From positions 5,084,001 to 5,148,000 of the forward strand of contig CM035362.1 of assembly GCA_020137815.1 (NCBI GenBank): a DNA stretch of 64,000 nt, written 5' to 3'. The translations under genes were made by a program, and so were the position numbers. This DNA comes from Hormiphora californensis (taxonomy: Eukaryota > Animalia > Ctenophora). Shown piece after piece: positions 26,501 through 39,381 of this stretch. Every line of letters begins with the position of its first letter. Position 1 is the first letter of the stretch. Below the pieces are notes generated by a model. The model saw only the letters and a list, made by a program, of their open reading frames with translations. It did not search any database and was not told the DNA's origin.

Positions 26501-29500
26501 GGTCGTTACCAATGTTACGGTCGCTAATTAATTAATAATTAATTAATTGATAATCAATTAAACTGACGCGACATACCGAAATGATCAGTCCTTTACCCGC
26601 TTTCAGATGATATAATTTTTTTTGAAATTCTCCGAGTTTGAAATTTTGGTGTCAATTTGGTGAGACACACCCTATTGGGTTTGTAAGATTTTCTGTTTCT
26701 CAGCTCAGGAGCGTCGTAGAGACTTGATTCCGGTTGCAAACGAACCGGAATACCCAAGTTTATATTGACGCTATGAAGGTCCGAAGTCGCTATCTCCAAC
26801 CAATTAGCCGCAAATTGGACTTAATTGACCTTAATTGGGCTAAATAGCCAAATAGACCGTAAATTAGTGGCAAAATGTGTAACAAGCTAGTTCCTTCACT
26901 AAGTGACCCTAATGGGTCCGCCAAATCACCAAAAATTCCTGGCCGATCGGAGTTGCAGAAGACCCTTATTTCCGGGTGGGCGTGGCACCAGTATTTTCAG
27001 GCAGAAGCCAAAAACGTAACTTTCCTTTGGGAAGGAGTAGAGACAAATCCAAGGACATTAAAATGCGTAGCGTCCTCGCATTAGTGGGGGTAGACGCCCA
27101 TAAAAAGTTCCTATCTCATTTTGTTTATTGGTTAATTAGATAATTAGTTGTGCACATAGCCATATTTCCGATATTATACGGTTTAAATGGCTCAGCCATG
27201 AATAAGGACCTGCTTTTGACGGCTGAATACGATTATGAGCAATATAATGGAACTCAGAGGTGTGAAAAGTGTCTTAATTGGGCATAATTGGATATAATTT
27301 GGCATAATTGGGTACGTTGACCAGATCTTATCTTACTAGATACACCCTAAAACCCACTTAAATATCTCCCAAGACTCTCCTAGAACCCGGTCAGAGCCTC
27401 CTGAATACCCCTCAGACATTTCTAGATACCCTCAAAACCCACTAGATAGCCCTCAGAATTAACTAGATACTCCTCCGATCCTTTACATACCCTCAGAGTG
27501 GCCTCAGACTCTGAGACTCAGAGGCCACTAGATACCCCCTAGAATCACTCGTATGTGTCAACCACATCGTATTGACGTCACCCAGCGCCCTCATAATCCA
27601 CTAGATGCCACTCAGACCGTACTGGATACCCCTCAGACCCTACCTGATACATATCAGACCGTGGTAGATACCATCAAACCCTACATGATACCCGTCAGAA
27701 ACTACTAGATACCTTAAGACTACCTGATACCCCTCTGACCCTCCGATATAACTCTTAGACCATGCTAGTTATCTCTCTGACTCTACCTGACATCCCTCAG
27801 GCCGTGCTAGATGGCCCTGTGACTCTACTTGATACCCTCAGACCCTACTAGATACGTATTACCTCTCAGACCATAGTAGATGCCCTTATACCATGCCAGA
27901 TATTACCAATATATTGGTAATATCTGGCATGGTATAAGGGCAGCCTTAGACCCTGCTAGATACTCCCATATCCAACTAGCTACACCTTAGACTTTTATAG
28001 ATATCTCTTAGGCACTTCTAGACGCCCCAGACTCTATTAGACATCTCTCATACCCATCTAGAAACCCTAAAACCCTCCTGGAACCCCTGAGGGCCTGACT
28101 AAGGCGTGAGCATATACCCCTCATACCATTCTAAAAACCCTTTTGACCCTAACTAGTAGTAGAAGTGTCTAAAAGTGTCTTGGGGGTATTTAGTGGAGGC
28201 TGATGGGTATCTAGTAGAGTCTGACGCCTTTTTAGTGAGATTCAGAATCTACTAGATGCCCCTCAGACTGTGCTATATACCACTCAGACTCTACTAGATA
28301 CTTTTAGAGCCAATTGGATTCCCCTCATAATCAACTAGATGCCATTCAGATTATGTCACTTTAGAGCTAAGAGTCTTGTAGATACATCTGTGACCATGTT
28401 AGTTGTGGTAATAAGGGGTTTCTAGAAGTGTATGAGGGGTATTTAGAATGCCCTGATGGGTTCTTGTAGGACATAAGAGATATCAAAAAGTGTTTGGGGG
28501 CGTCTAGAAGTACATAAGAGATATGATCCAAGGTGTAGCTAGTTGGATCTGGTAGTATCTAGGAGGGTCTGAGGCGTATATTAGTAGTTTCTAGCAGGGT
28601 CTCAGGGGCATCTAGTAGGGTCTCAGGGGCGTCTAGTAGCCAGTAGGGTAGACGGGCATCTAAAATGGTCTATAGGTTGTATTGGAGGGTCAGAGGGGTA
28701 TCAGGTAAGATATTACTAGGGTATCTAATAGGGTCTGAGGGGTATCCAGTACGGTATGAGTGGCATCTAGTGGATTATGAGGGCGCTGGGTGACGTCAAT
28801 ACGATGTGGTTGACACATACGAGTGATTCTAGGGGGTATCTAGTGGCCTCTGAGCCTCAGAGTCTAAGGCCACTCTGAGGGTATCTAAAGGATCGGAGGA
28901 GTATCTAGTTAATTCTGAGGGCTATCTAGTGGGTTTTGAGGGTATCTAGAAATGTCTGAGGGGTATTCAGGAGGCTCTGACCGGGTTCTAGGAGAGTCTT
29001 GGGAGATATTTAAGTGGGTTTTAAGGTGTACCTAGTAAGATAAGATCTGGTCAACGTACCCAATTATGCCCAATTAGGGCCAATTAAGGGTACTTCCCCC
29101 AGGAGTTGGTTGGTAGACTTTTGGGATCTCACCCAGAAGGCCTTTGAGGACATTTTGGTGAAGGAATTATAAATGCATCAAAAATTTCGGGGGTCGACCC
29201 CTTTTTTTACACGTTTTCACTAGACTATAAATACATAATCTGTATAACACAATACAAGTACAGTCGGACCCTGATTTAGGGACACCCTCTTGTCCACTAA
29301 ATCGGGGAGTCCACTAAATCGGGGTCAAATAATGTTAATTTCCTATACCGGGGGGGGGGGGGGAAATCCTGCCACTAAATCGGGGTGCCACTAAATCGGG
29401 GTCCGACTGTACCAACTACCTGCAGGTTATCAATGGAAAGATTCACAGTCCCCGAGATCCTCTTCCATCCCTCTGACATTGGTGTTGATGAGATGGGGTT

Positions 29501-30155
29501 GGGGGAGGCAATCAGGGAAGCGGTAGAGGCGTGCCCACCTGCCATGCAGCCTCACCTTTATAACAATATCGTGATTATCGGAGGAAACTCTAAGTTTCAG
29601 AACTTCAAGGTTTGTGAGAAACACGCACGTCTATATATCATCTCATCTTTCGTTTCCTCTGTCACTTTTTTCTCTATTAAACGACTTTTATTCGGTGCGA
29701 ACGGCAATAGCTAAACCCTCCCCTACCCCAGGAGCGAGTGTACAAGGAGGTAAGGGCCCTTGCACCTGATGAGTTCCCTGTCACAGTGCACAGACCAGAA
29801 GACCCCATTGTAGAGGCGTGGAAAGGGGGTAAGTGTAACAGAAAGCTCAGTACCAGGAGCACACCAACCTGTCGTTCAACTGTCAGTTGCTACTTCTTAC
29901 ATAAATTGTAGCTCCCTTTTTTATCTCAGTTTCTACGTCTAATCATATCTCTGTTTCTTTAGTTCATTCACCTCTTACGCCTTGTTGGAGCTCTAACTAC
30001 GTATTATAATATCATGTTCTATTCCATCGTCTCCAGGTCAGCTGCTGGCTAATTGGCCCCACTTCACCGACCTACGGATAACTAAGCAAGAGTACGAGGA
30101 GTACGGGTTGTCTATCTGCGAAGAAAAACTAACGGACTCAATACATATCACGTGA
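23509..30155 (+). CDS. ACTR6: Actin-related protein 6, exons 4-11 (23509-23611, 23850-23929, 24086-24163, 24548-24712, 24955-25063, 29426-29609, 29732-29828, 30037-30155)
   Basis: Spliced translation DTNFIVTEPVLNF..FEEYGF / CCLVIDSGHAFTHIVPY / RINLGGKHLCNLLKELISYRQLNLLEETY / EYVLPDF / ERFTVPEILFHPSDIG / AWKGG / ITKQEYEEYG matches ARP6. All junctions are GT-AG with consistent phases. Stop TGA at 30153-30155. Confidence 0.93.
24288..24537. repeat. ~32-nt tandem repeat (AGTGGAACTAACTAAATCACCC..) x7 closed by an inverted copy
   Basis: The array ends in GATTTAGTTAGTTCCATTCAAT, the reverse complement of its start. It looks like a small TIR element with an amplified arm. Confidence 0.8.
25274..29225. 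mobile_element. ~4 kb composite foldback element in an ARP6 intron (TIR GTCTAGTGAAAAC.., TA TSD)
   Basis: Arms 25274-25415 and ~29075-29225 are inverted. Inside are a GTAACGACC/GTTAC satellite (~25965-26525) and a palindrome (~27303-29070) built from degenerate ~21-22-nt units. Confidence 0.8.
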
Positions 30156-30660
30156 CACTCCATTGGACATTTTTTTTATTATCTTACAATGTTGTTTTCA
30201 GATGTTATTTATTTCAATTTTATTCTCAGGAACTTGTGTCCTAATTATGCTGTCCCACTTCCCCTCGCTCATTTTGTTCCCAAAACTTGCTTTGGTTCTT
30301 CCTCTAAATAACCACGTTTAGCCCAAAGGCAAAGCCCCTTCCTCTTATAATTTCTCCAAGCATCATATCCCTCCAATACTCTATTCCTCTAGAATCTGCT
30401 AATCCTCGTTCCTTGACCCCCCCCCCCCATTAACATCATAATTTTATAACCTGATCATAAATCATTCCAACTAACACCCACTGTTATATTATACCCCCCC
30501 CCCCCCCCCGTTATATAATCCGTTATATCGTCTCCACTAATACCCCCATTAAAATTAATCTGGCTCTAAATTTCCCTGTTAGCCCAATTCTATACCCCCA
30601 TCAAAGTTAATCTCTACTAACATACCCCATTATAATGATTTAGCCGGATGAGGAGAGATT

Positions 30661-33600
30661 ATGGCGGGAATGTTAGGGGAGCGGATCTTCAAGGCATTGA
30701 AACCCTTAGTCCTGCTGTTGTACAAGCCCTTGAGGCGGCCGAGTTTGATGATGATAACACCGCCCCTGTCGCAACTCCACAGGAGAAAACACATGGTAAG
30801 AGCGTGGGTGGGGGGTCTAGTAGAGGTTGTTGAAGTGGGTGGGGGGGGTCTAGTAGAGGTTGTTGAAGTGGGGGGGGGGGGTCTAGTAGAGGTTGTTGAA
30901 GTGGGGGGGGGGAGGTCTAGTAGAGGTTGTTGAAGTGGGGGTGACGGGGTCTAGTAGAGGTTGTTGAAGTGGGGGGGGGTCTAGTAGAGGTTGTTGAAGT
31001 GGGGGGGGGGGGGGGTCTAGTAGAGGTTGTTGAAGTGGGGGGTATAGTAGAGGTTGTTGAAGGGGGGGGGGGTCTAGTAGAGGTTGTTGAAGTTGGGGGG
31101 GGGGTCTAGTAGAGGTTGTTGAAGTGGGGGGGGGGGGCGTCTAGTAGAGGTTGTTGAAGTGGGGGATTTTCTGATAAGAATTGAACTTTTGTTTATTGGA
31201 CAATGGGTTGTAGAATGGATTTGAACTCCCTGATTCCACCTCTGTCTTTTTGAACTCCCTGTTTCTCTAACACTCACTGACCTCTCTGATTCTCTAACCT
31301 CTAGGACTAGGGAGGTATATTATTGTCTATAATTTCTCTAACACTAACCTCATTTCAGCTATCAAGAGGATAGTAAACTCGCTCTCCCAATTATCATCCC
31401 TCCCCGATCGAGGCAAGGACTACCACGAGTTCGTGGGGTTAGTCCTTGAAAACCTCCTAATCTGCTGTAACGACTCAGCCCCGGATGTACGAGTGGCGGC
31501 AGATGAGGGACTCAACCACTTGATAAATGAGCTGCACTCGGCAGACGCCGCTAAAATCCAGTTGGAGCTGTTCAAAGAGATAAAGCGAAATGCTAGCCCT
31601 CGAAGGGTTAAAGCGGCGATAGTGAGATTCGCTGAGTTGGCTCACTTGATAAAACCTCAGAAATGCCGGGTATACGTCATGAACCTACAGCCCCTACTGA
31701 TCACAATTAGTGCCAGAGAAGAGGAGTCCATTCAGGAGTGTCTAACAGGGGCATTACCTAAAATCCTGACTGTCCTTGGCCCGTTTTTTAGTGAGGGAGA
31801 ACTGTTTACATTCATCTCCCATCTCTTTACAACACTGGTGTCCAAGGTGGCTGCCTCTCGGCGTATGTCAGCGGAGTGCATCACGTCTCTCTGTAATTCC
31901 TGCCTTAAACCGGGGATCTTCTACGCATTGTCGATTGAAAGACTGCTGGTTCTCTGTATCGATCCTTCTGCCTCGCCCGCGTCTCTGATCGGGGGATTCC
32001 TCGGACTTCGAAAGATTCTGGGCTCTCTGCCAAGTCTGCCTAAACGAGAGGAAGATAAGAGGTTCTTCAACCTAGATCACGTGGCCTGTATCCTGCTGGT
32101 GATACTTCGGAATCTCTCACACGCTGATCATAACGTTATAACAGCAGCTCTGTCCACTCTTCAGACGCTAATTGAACAAACGAGGGTCAGTGTTGGAGAG
32201 CTGTTGATGGGAAACGTGGGAGTTTGGAAATCGAAAATTCCAAGGTCGGAACTTGGGAGACTTCATGGTGGGAACCCGACACACAAACAAGAACATGTTA
32301 CTGGCAGCGGATGGATCAGGGATGGTGGAGGAGACTGAGATGGATGGGGTGGTGGGGGAGGTACTTGAGGGTAAGGAGGAGGAGAGTTTGATTGTTGCCA
32401 CGGCCGTCCTTCTCTCCCAGCGGTTCTTAGTCGATGGGAACGGTGATCAGGTCAAAAAGATCAGAGTCAGTGTAAAGTCACTAGTTCTGTCCTGCCTAAC
32501 AGAGCTCACGGTTATCTCACCTGGCCTGCTCCCCGACCATCTGTCCTCCCTTCCAGTGATCTTCAAGGCGGACTGTGACCCAATGCTTCAGGGAAATGTC
32601 ATGACACTCTGTGGAACATACATCCTCAACTATCTACAGAATCATTTCTACCAAGGGTGGAGTAGTGAGTGTGATGAGTACATTGGTCTTATCATCGGTT
32701 GTATTGGCGATGAATCGCAGAAAGTACACAAATCCTGTTGTGATGCTTCCAAGATCTTTGTCGGGGCGTTAATGAGGACAAGGAAATGTGAGACAGTGAT
32801 AAGGCTGGTGGAGTCTCTGCTAACTCTTCACACTAGCTCCTATTGGTTGGTCAAAACAGCCCTGTTAGAAGGTGTTGCGAGAGGTTGATTTTGCTGTCCT
32901 AAGCTGCTATAATGTTGAACTGGTGCCTCGAGCTACAACGGGATGTGGTTGAGGCTTTGTTCTTGATGCTCGCGGATGAGGATGTCCGAGTTCAAACATC
33001 CTGCACGGTCACTATCGCAACGCTGGTTGAGAAACTCAACTTTACCCGAACTCCCCTTCGCTCTTCTCACCAATCTGATTCGTGGGGATTTTGTGCGGAG
33101 TTTTGAGTTTGTGAACCCTCCCGTTTATGCCATCTGTCTGCCAAGTGACGCAAGCCAAACGTTAGAGTCTTCCAAATCTCCCCTGCACATAAAACCTCTT
33201 TCCAGATTGCTCAACCTTCTTCTAGAGCGAATGGTTTCAAGTCAATCCGATGACCTGGTAAGGGATGTATTGAGACTTTCGCGTGCCTTGCCTCTCAGTA
33301 CATATCAGGTGACACCCTCAAAATCTGGGGCATAACGGTATGCGAAGAGCAGACTTTGGGAAGTTCAAGCGGTCTAATCTCATTCTTCACCCACTACCTG
33401 ACCAGCTCCATGTACATGTATGACATTTCGTGCCACCAGAACCTCCTGGCCGTGATCACGTATCTACTCGGTGCGACATGTAAAATGCTGATAACAGCTC
33501 AGAGCTACACCCCTGATACGATCCTCAGCTGGCAGCATTTGAAGGATGAGGGGCTGGTTGAGATAATCAAGACGCTCGTCTTCCACTCGATGAGGGTTCT

Positions 33601-36600
33601 GAACATTTGTTCTCACGTTTGTACGGAGGTAGAGCCAAGTAAGGATACCAAATTACCGGGCATCAAACGGAAGAAAGATGGTGAAAATGATCCACAAAAG
33701 ATTGGGGAGCAGTTGTCAGAGCAATCATCAAAAGTTGGACTTTTTACCCATCTCCCTCACTACATGAAGCTATTTGAGAACCTCAAAGCATCTTACGAAG
33801 CCCATAAAGTATCCCTGGATCTGCAAAGTGACGAGAAGTTCGTGTTGGTGCTCCGGGGAACGCTAACCCTCCTCCAAGAAATCCTAAAATACAGCTCCCT
33901 GAAAAATGTGGGCGGTTTTAGTGAAGAAATTAACGAATACATGGAGAAGCTGCTGAAGAAAGAACCGATTCAGTGTGTAACAACTACACGATATCTCCTC
34001 GCGGCATTGTTCGGGACCAACGTGATTTGCCCGACAAAGATGACGCCAGTTGGAGATAATGCACGGGTGAACAGACCAGTGCCGCTTCAACCATCCACCC
34101 CACTTCATGTTGAGTTTTTCAAGTACTCTCCCTACGTCTACAACAACATGAGGACAGTGTCACCTGAAGGAGGAGGAGGAGAGGAAAGTGAAGAAGAGAA
34201 CTCTTCGTTCGCTTCCAAGATCTTCGGCAGGAAGTTTAATCGAGCTGCTAAAAAGAAGCCAGAACAACAGGATTCCCTTCCTGTTATGCAGAATTACATT
34301 CGGTTCTTTGAGACAGTGGTTATGAAGTCTCTTGAGCTTTATACCATCACCAGTGACACACCCGTTCAGGGAGAAATCTTGGTTCTTCTGATTGATCTGC
34401 TGAGACTCAGAATCAACTACTCCCTTCTTGACACCGGGAAAATCTTTGTAAATTTCCTCCTGAAACAGTTTGAGTATATTGAGCAGGGACAAGTTAGAGC
34501 GGCATCAAAGCTCCTCCCCACCCTCTTCCAATTCCTAATCATGTTGACCAAGGAGCGATACCAAGAGGAAGCTGTGATAGACATCCCCCGGATAATGCAG
34601 CTTTGCGGTACTGCCATGGCCAGTGGTCAGCTGGATACGGCGAGCATCTCCGTCTCCCTGTACCCACTCATCCACGAGCTGTTCTCGGTGCAGGAGACTA
34701 AACCAGAGATAGCGACCCAGAGGGAGGTGGTTGAGAGCATTCTGCTGAAGAATGTAATTCACTATCAGGTAATTGATATCCTGTGGATGGTTCTTCACTG
34801 GTATTCCGTTGATTCTCTGAACTATAAGCGGTACTCAGCGGCTGTGTGGTCGGCCGTTTCCATAGCAATCAGTCAGAAACGGCTCGATGTCTCCCTTCAT
34901 CCTGTGGTAGTGTCCATGAAACGGTTATTGGATGTCATTGAGCTAGAGCCAAACACCATTATCTCAACCCTCCTGGATTTCCTGGGCTCTACCTCGGACA
35001 CAACCACAAAATGTGCGGTTCTGAGCCTCCTCCTACGGTACACCCTACACACGATAACAAAAGGAGGAATTGAAGGACTAGTGGCGGAATGCGGAGACTC
35101 CCTCCTAGCTGCTACTGATATTGACCCACCACTGGAGAATAAACTGCAAACATTTGTACTTTGGTCGATGAGGGAGACACTTGGGTTCTTGGTCGTCTCA
35201 CGGGAGCAACACACGCCCCACTCCGCGCTCTCCGCTCTGAACTACATCCACAAGCTGGTCCACTACTTCGAAAAGGGATCCACTACAACATGTTCCGCTG
35301 ACATTTCTCTCATATCGGAGAGGGCAGATACATTAGCCACGAAATACCCGGCAGTCGCTCTCACGGTTCATAACATCTTCCGTGCGATGGGAGAGACCCC
35401 ATGTCAGTACCCGGAAACCACCATAGTGGACAAGTTCCTCCGGGAGAGCGAGGGTGAGGTGAAACGGGATTTCAGGTCAGTTATTGTGGATATCCGTGCT
35501 GCAACGGAGCTGGATGTGGAGGGATTCGTGGAGAAAATCCACCAAATTGTGACCCTGGGCATGGAGTTGAAATACGCTACCAGCTTGTTCCTCAGTAACG
35601 TGATTGTGGATTATCTCATCGCCAAGTTGCCAGAGATGGGTGTGCTCAGTGAGGAAACTGTGGAGGGGTTGAAGGATATCAGGGAGTTTGTATCGAAAAC
35701 CAATTCCACCGAGAAGGCGAGGGATATGATAAGTGTGGTGCTGGAGAAAAGTGGGGTACAAGTGGAGGAGAAGGAAAATGAAAGAATAAACACAGGTCTG
35801 ACAAGCGATGAATTACACAAGTTCTTTGTTGAAAAGCTGACTGTCTACCCCTCGGATCCTCTGAAAATTGTACCCGTTCTCAAAGAAATGCCCTTCCACG
35901 ATCTAAAATCGGTTGTCTCCCGCCCTACCTTTGATTCTGCGCTCTTCCTCGACATGTTGGAGGTGGGAAGGAAGGAGTTGTGTGCCCAGAAATCAGCCTA
36001 CATATCCCCTGATGACCCTGTTCCACAACTTCCCTCTCTCCTTTTAGTCGGGAAGAGTCAACTGTTGGAGAGGTTGGTATCGCTGACAGGTGTCAAGACA
36101 CCTACAAAACAGAGCCAACCTAAACCAACACACACCCACACCCGGTCTACATCCCTTCCTAAATCCCTCGCTCTGTTTGTTGATAACTCTGCATTCGATG
36201 ATCCAACATCCCTTCTGGCACCGTCAACATCATGGGACGATCCAAAATGGCTCCACGACCTCTTCTGTTATACTCGGGCTACAACTACACTTCTCAATAC
36301 CTCCGTCCTATACCCTGACATTGCTTATCTTGATCCTTATCACATCCACTCTATTACCCGTCTGCTAGCCCTCTCCCTCGCTGTATCCGCCTACCATAAC
36401 CGCTTCAGCTCGGTATCAGTCTGCACGGAGTTACTGGAACTCTTACTTTCTGTTACAGTTACCCGGGATACGTGTGCCATCCTCCACTACGGTGAGGAGC
36501 TGGGGATCGTCGAGAACGTCTGGAACATCCTGCGGGGTCTCTTTGGAAAGTATCTCACCCGGAGCCAGGAAATTGAGGGAAAGATTGAGAAGATTCGGGT

Positions 36601-38858
36601 GATGGTGACGTTTGTGCTGTACCGGTTCCCAACTGACACCCACCATAACTTGTCCCTTCTGATGCTGGTTAAGAAGTGTATCCTCGCCCTAGCATCCCTT
36701 CCCTGTGTCAGCAGTTATCTCAGGATACCATCCTATTTGGCCCTCACAGTCACCCTCTCAAAACACCAACAATAACGAGTTTAACTTGTCCGACATTGAC
36801 ATTGATCTACTTCGAGATTCGGAGGTTTTGGATGATTTCCTTTACCGGAATCTTTCCTTTGGTTGGTCGACGAAGAGACAGTTTGAGGAACTGTGGGTTA
36901 CCCTTCTCGGGATGATAACCTACAACATGGATATGGAACAGGAGCAGGAGATAATCGCCGAGTTATCAGTCGTTAACCGTCTGGCAATCCGTGGAATGAC
37001 CGTCTTGCTGCTACAAACCATGTTACAACCGGTAACTGGATCTCCTAAAACAAGTATCTACCAGCACTTCCCGCGGACTCAACAGATACCATTTCTAACG
37101 ACCACCATGGGGCAAAGAATGGTGTACCCACATAAACTGGTGTTTGACAAACTTTTAGCATGTTCAAGGTGTACCCCAAGTTACCAACCGGTCTTCCCTG
37201 ATCTCAACATCTACATAGACAGCGACTTTACACAGTGTCTTATCGATATGGGAGGACCAGGGGCTCGGGCTATTGACAAGTATGGCGTGTTCCTGCATGA
37301 TCTGAACCGCATCCCGGGATCTAGTGCGTACTATCATGGTTTCTACAGTGCCACTGCTCTTAGGGAGAGAATTATCACCAATGACATCACGGATCTTGAT
37401 AACAGTGGGGTGTTTGAAAGGTCGCAACAAATCGCAAATGATACATCCGATGAACCGGATATTTTGAGTTGTCTGCAGTTCCTGGTTGACCTATTCAGGG
37501 AATGGACCCTTCCGGACTCCCAAATTCCCGCGTCCCTCCTCAACCAGATCATTGACTCCGTCAGCCAGCTGTCAGATCTGTTCCAGAAGACCCACCATTG
37601 CCAGTGGATGGTAGATGGACTGCTTCAGATACTGCTGAACCACCCCCTTGAAGATACTGTGGTCCACGGGAAGCTGCTGTATACGCTCTCCAAGGCTGTG
37701 AGTTTGTTACAAGCGGATAAAGCGGGGGAGAAGTTATTGCCGTTTGTCGAGGAAGCCCTAAACTCGGATTCCATGGTCCTCCAGCTTGCAGCCCTGAATG
37801 GTTCATTTTACCTTCTCGAATCGCAACTCAGCTGTTTCGAAGAGTCACTCGTTCAAATCCTTGCTGATTTCATACTAAACAAGCTGGCATATGACACAAC
37901 TACCCCGTTTACATTTGTCTCGACAATTTGGGCGGTGGCGGTAATCTTGCTGGAAAAGTTCCAAGATGGCTGCCCGGAGGGGTTCTCAACATTCGTCCTG
38001 CAATTCGGTATCCAAGCAACGCTTGACGACAAAACTCCGTTCGTGCTGTATCAGTTAGTAACGCGTGGCCTCCAAAAGCTCATCCTCGCGTTTTGCCTCC
38101 CCTCAAATGACATTGACACCATCACCCAAATGACGACAACCCAGTTAGGGGTGGATGACCCGCAGAAGTGTCTGTCCTCCTTTGGCCTTCTTATGACCTG
38201 TATGTACTGTGGGAGAGAGGGCAGCAGGGTTATACAACTTGAGCGGGATCAGGAGATTACAGATCAAATGTTGGCCGGGGCCATGGATAAGATGAGGAAG
38301 ATTTTGGATTGTGTTGGTCAGTGTTGTGAGATCCAAGCGAAACCACTGGCGGCTGTGATCTGTTACCTCGTCACCGATTTCTTCCCAAAGGAACAAATGA
38401 TCAACACGTTCGTGTCGGAGTTCCTCTCTCCGCGGCAGGAGAACAGGGAAATGATAGCATTAATTCTCCATGACCTGTTCCAAGGAATCATTGAGACGGG
38501 AAACTTTGCCCAAATTGCCGAGTGGGTCTTGCTAGTGTTACGGAACTTCATGCACCTCAAACCACGATCTGTCTCCGTTTGGTCCACCACGATTCTCCTC
38601 CTCTGCTCCATCACCAACCCCAAGATCCGGCAATACTTCCCGTACATCGTCAGCTCGGGGACTGTTAGCGGTGATTGGTTCGTGTTGGTTTGCAGGGAGT
38701 TTGCGGTGAGTCTGAGTGACTCAGAAAGGGTGACATTCGGTGAGATGCTCAAGGTTGGAGCTGAAGTTCACGGGGGTCACGAGTTTGAGACTGTCTCCAA
38801 ACTACTGGAAGAGTTTACCTTGGCTGGTAAGACATCTGCACAGGAGCGTGAGAATTAG
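30661..38858 (+). CDS. HTT: Huntingtin (2 exons: ~30661-30795 and 31359-38858; about 7 apparent frameshifts)
   Basis: Diagnostic HTT motifs: CCNDSAPDVRVAADEGLN, LELFKEIKRNASPR..RFAELAHLIKPQKCRVY, RVSVKSLVLSCL, YWLVK, LADEDVRV, GLFTHLPHYMKL, YIRFFE..YTITS..LRINYSLLD, GWSTKRQFEELWVTLLG, LLMTCMY, DFFP. An alternative in-frame ATG lies at 30648. Confidence 0.93.
30805..31166 (+). repeat. G-run minisatellite (TCTAGTAGAGGTTGTTGAAGT + Gn) x~11 in HTT intron 1
   Basis: Constant 21-nt core separated by G tracts of variable length. Confidence 0.9.
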
Positions 38859-39381
38859 GTTGGTATTACGCAATTACCCCTACCTTGCGGGCACGCTAAA
38901 ACTTACCTTACTACTACTGTAGAGGGGTAATTTTGTTAGCAAAGATTTAGGGTGATCTTGGTGGTTTACAAAATGTTGTCTAGACAGAAAATGTTTGATT
39001 AGTGTTTTTTTGTTATTGTTTATTCCTGGAATCAAGGTGTGTGTGTGTGTCTTGTTATGTGTGTCTTGTTCAATCTGATATAATTCTGTACACATGGATA
39101 TATCCCAGCTTGCATGATTCTATATTTTTCTGGGCAAACTTGATATTTTGTCCAAAGTTTATCTCAGATTATTAATTATCATGAAAAGGAACGAGTGCTT
39201 TTGTTTAATTTGTGATATATACGAGTTGTGTTGAGTCACTGTTTTGAAGTTTTGACCATCAGAAATCTAAATTCAACGCATTTTTACTCCCGGCCGTTTC
39301 TCACCTCTCCCTAATCCCCAGTTCTTTTACCAATGTTTTTTAACCCATCAAATCTTCGATATATAGCTAAAGGTTTCCAGT

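Noticed and set aside
33884-38752. Minus-strand ORFs within HTT
   Set aside because: Antisense shadows of the long coding exon.
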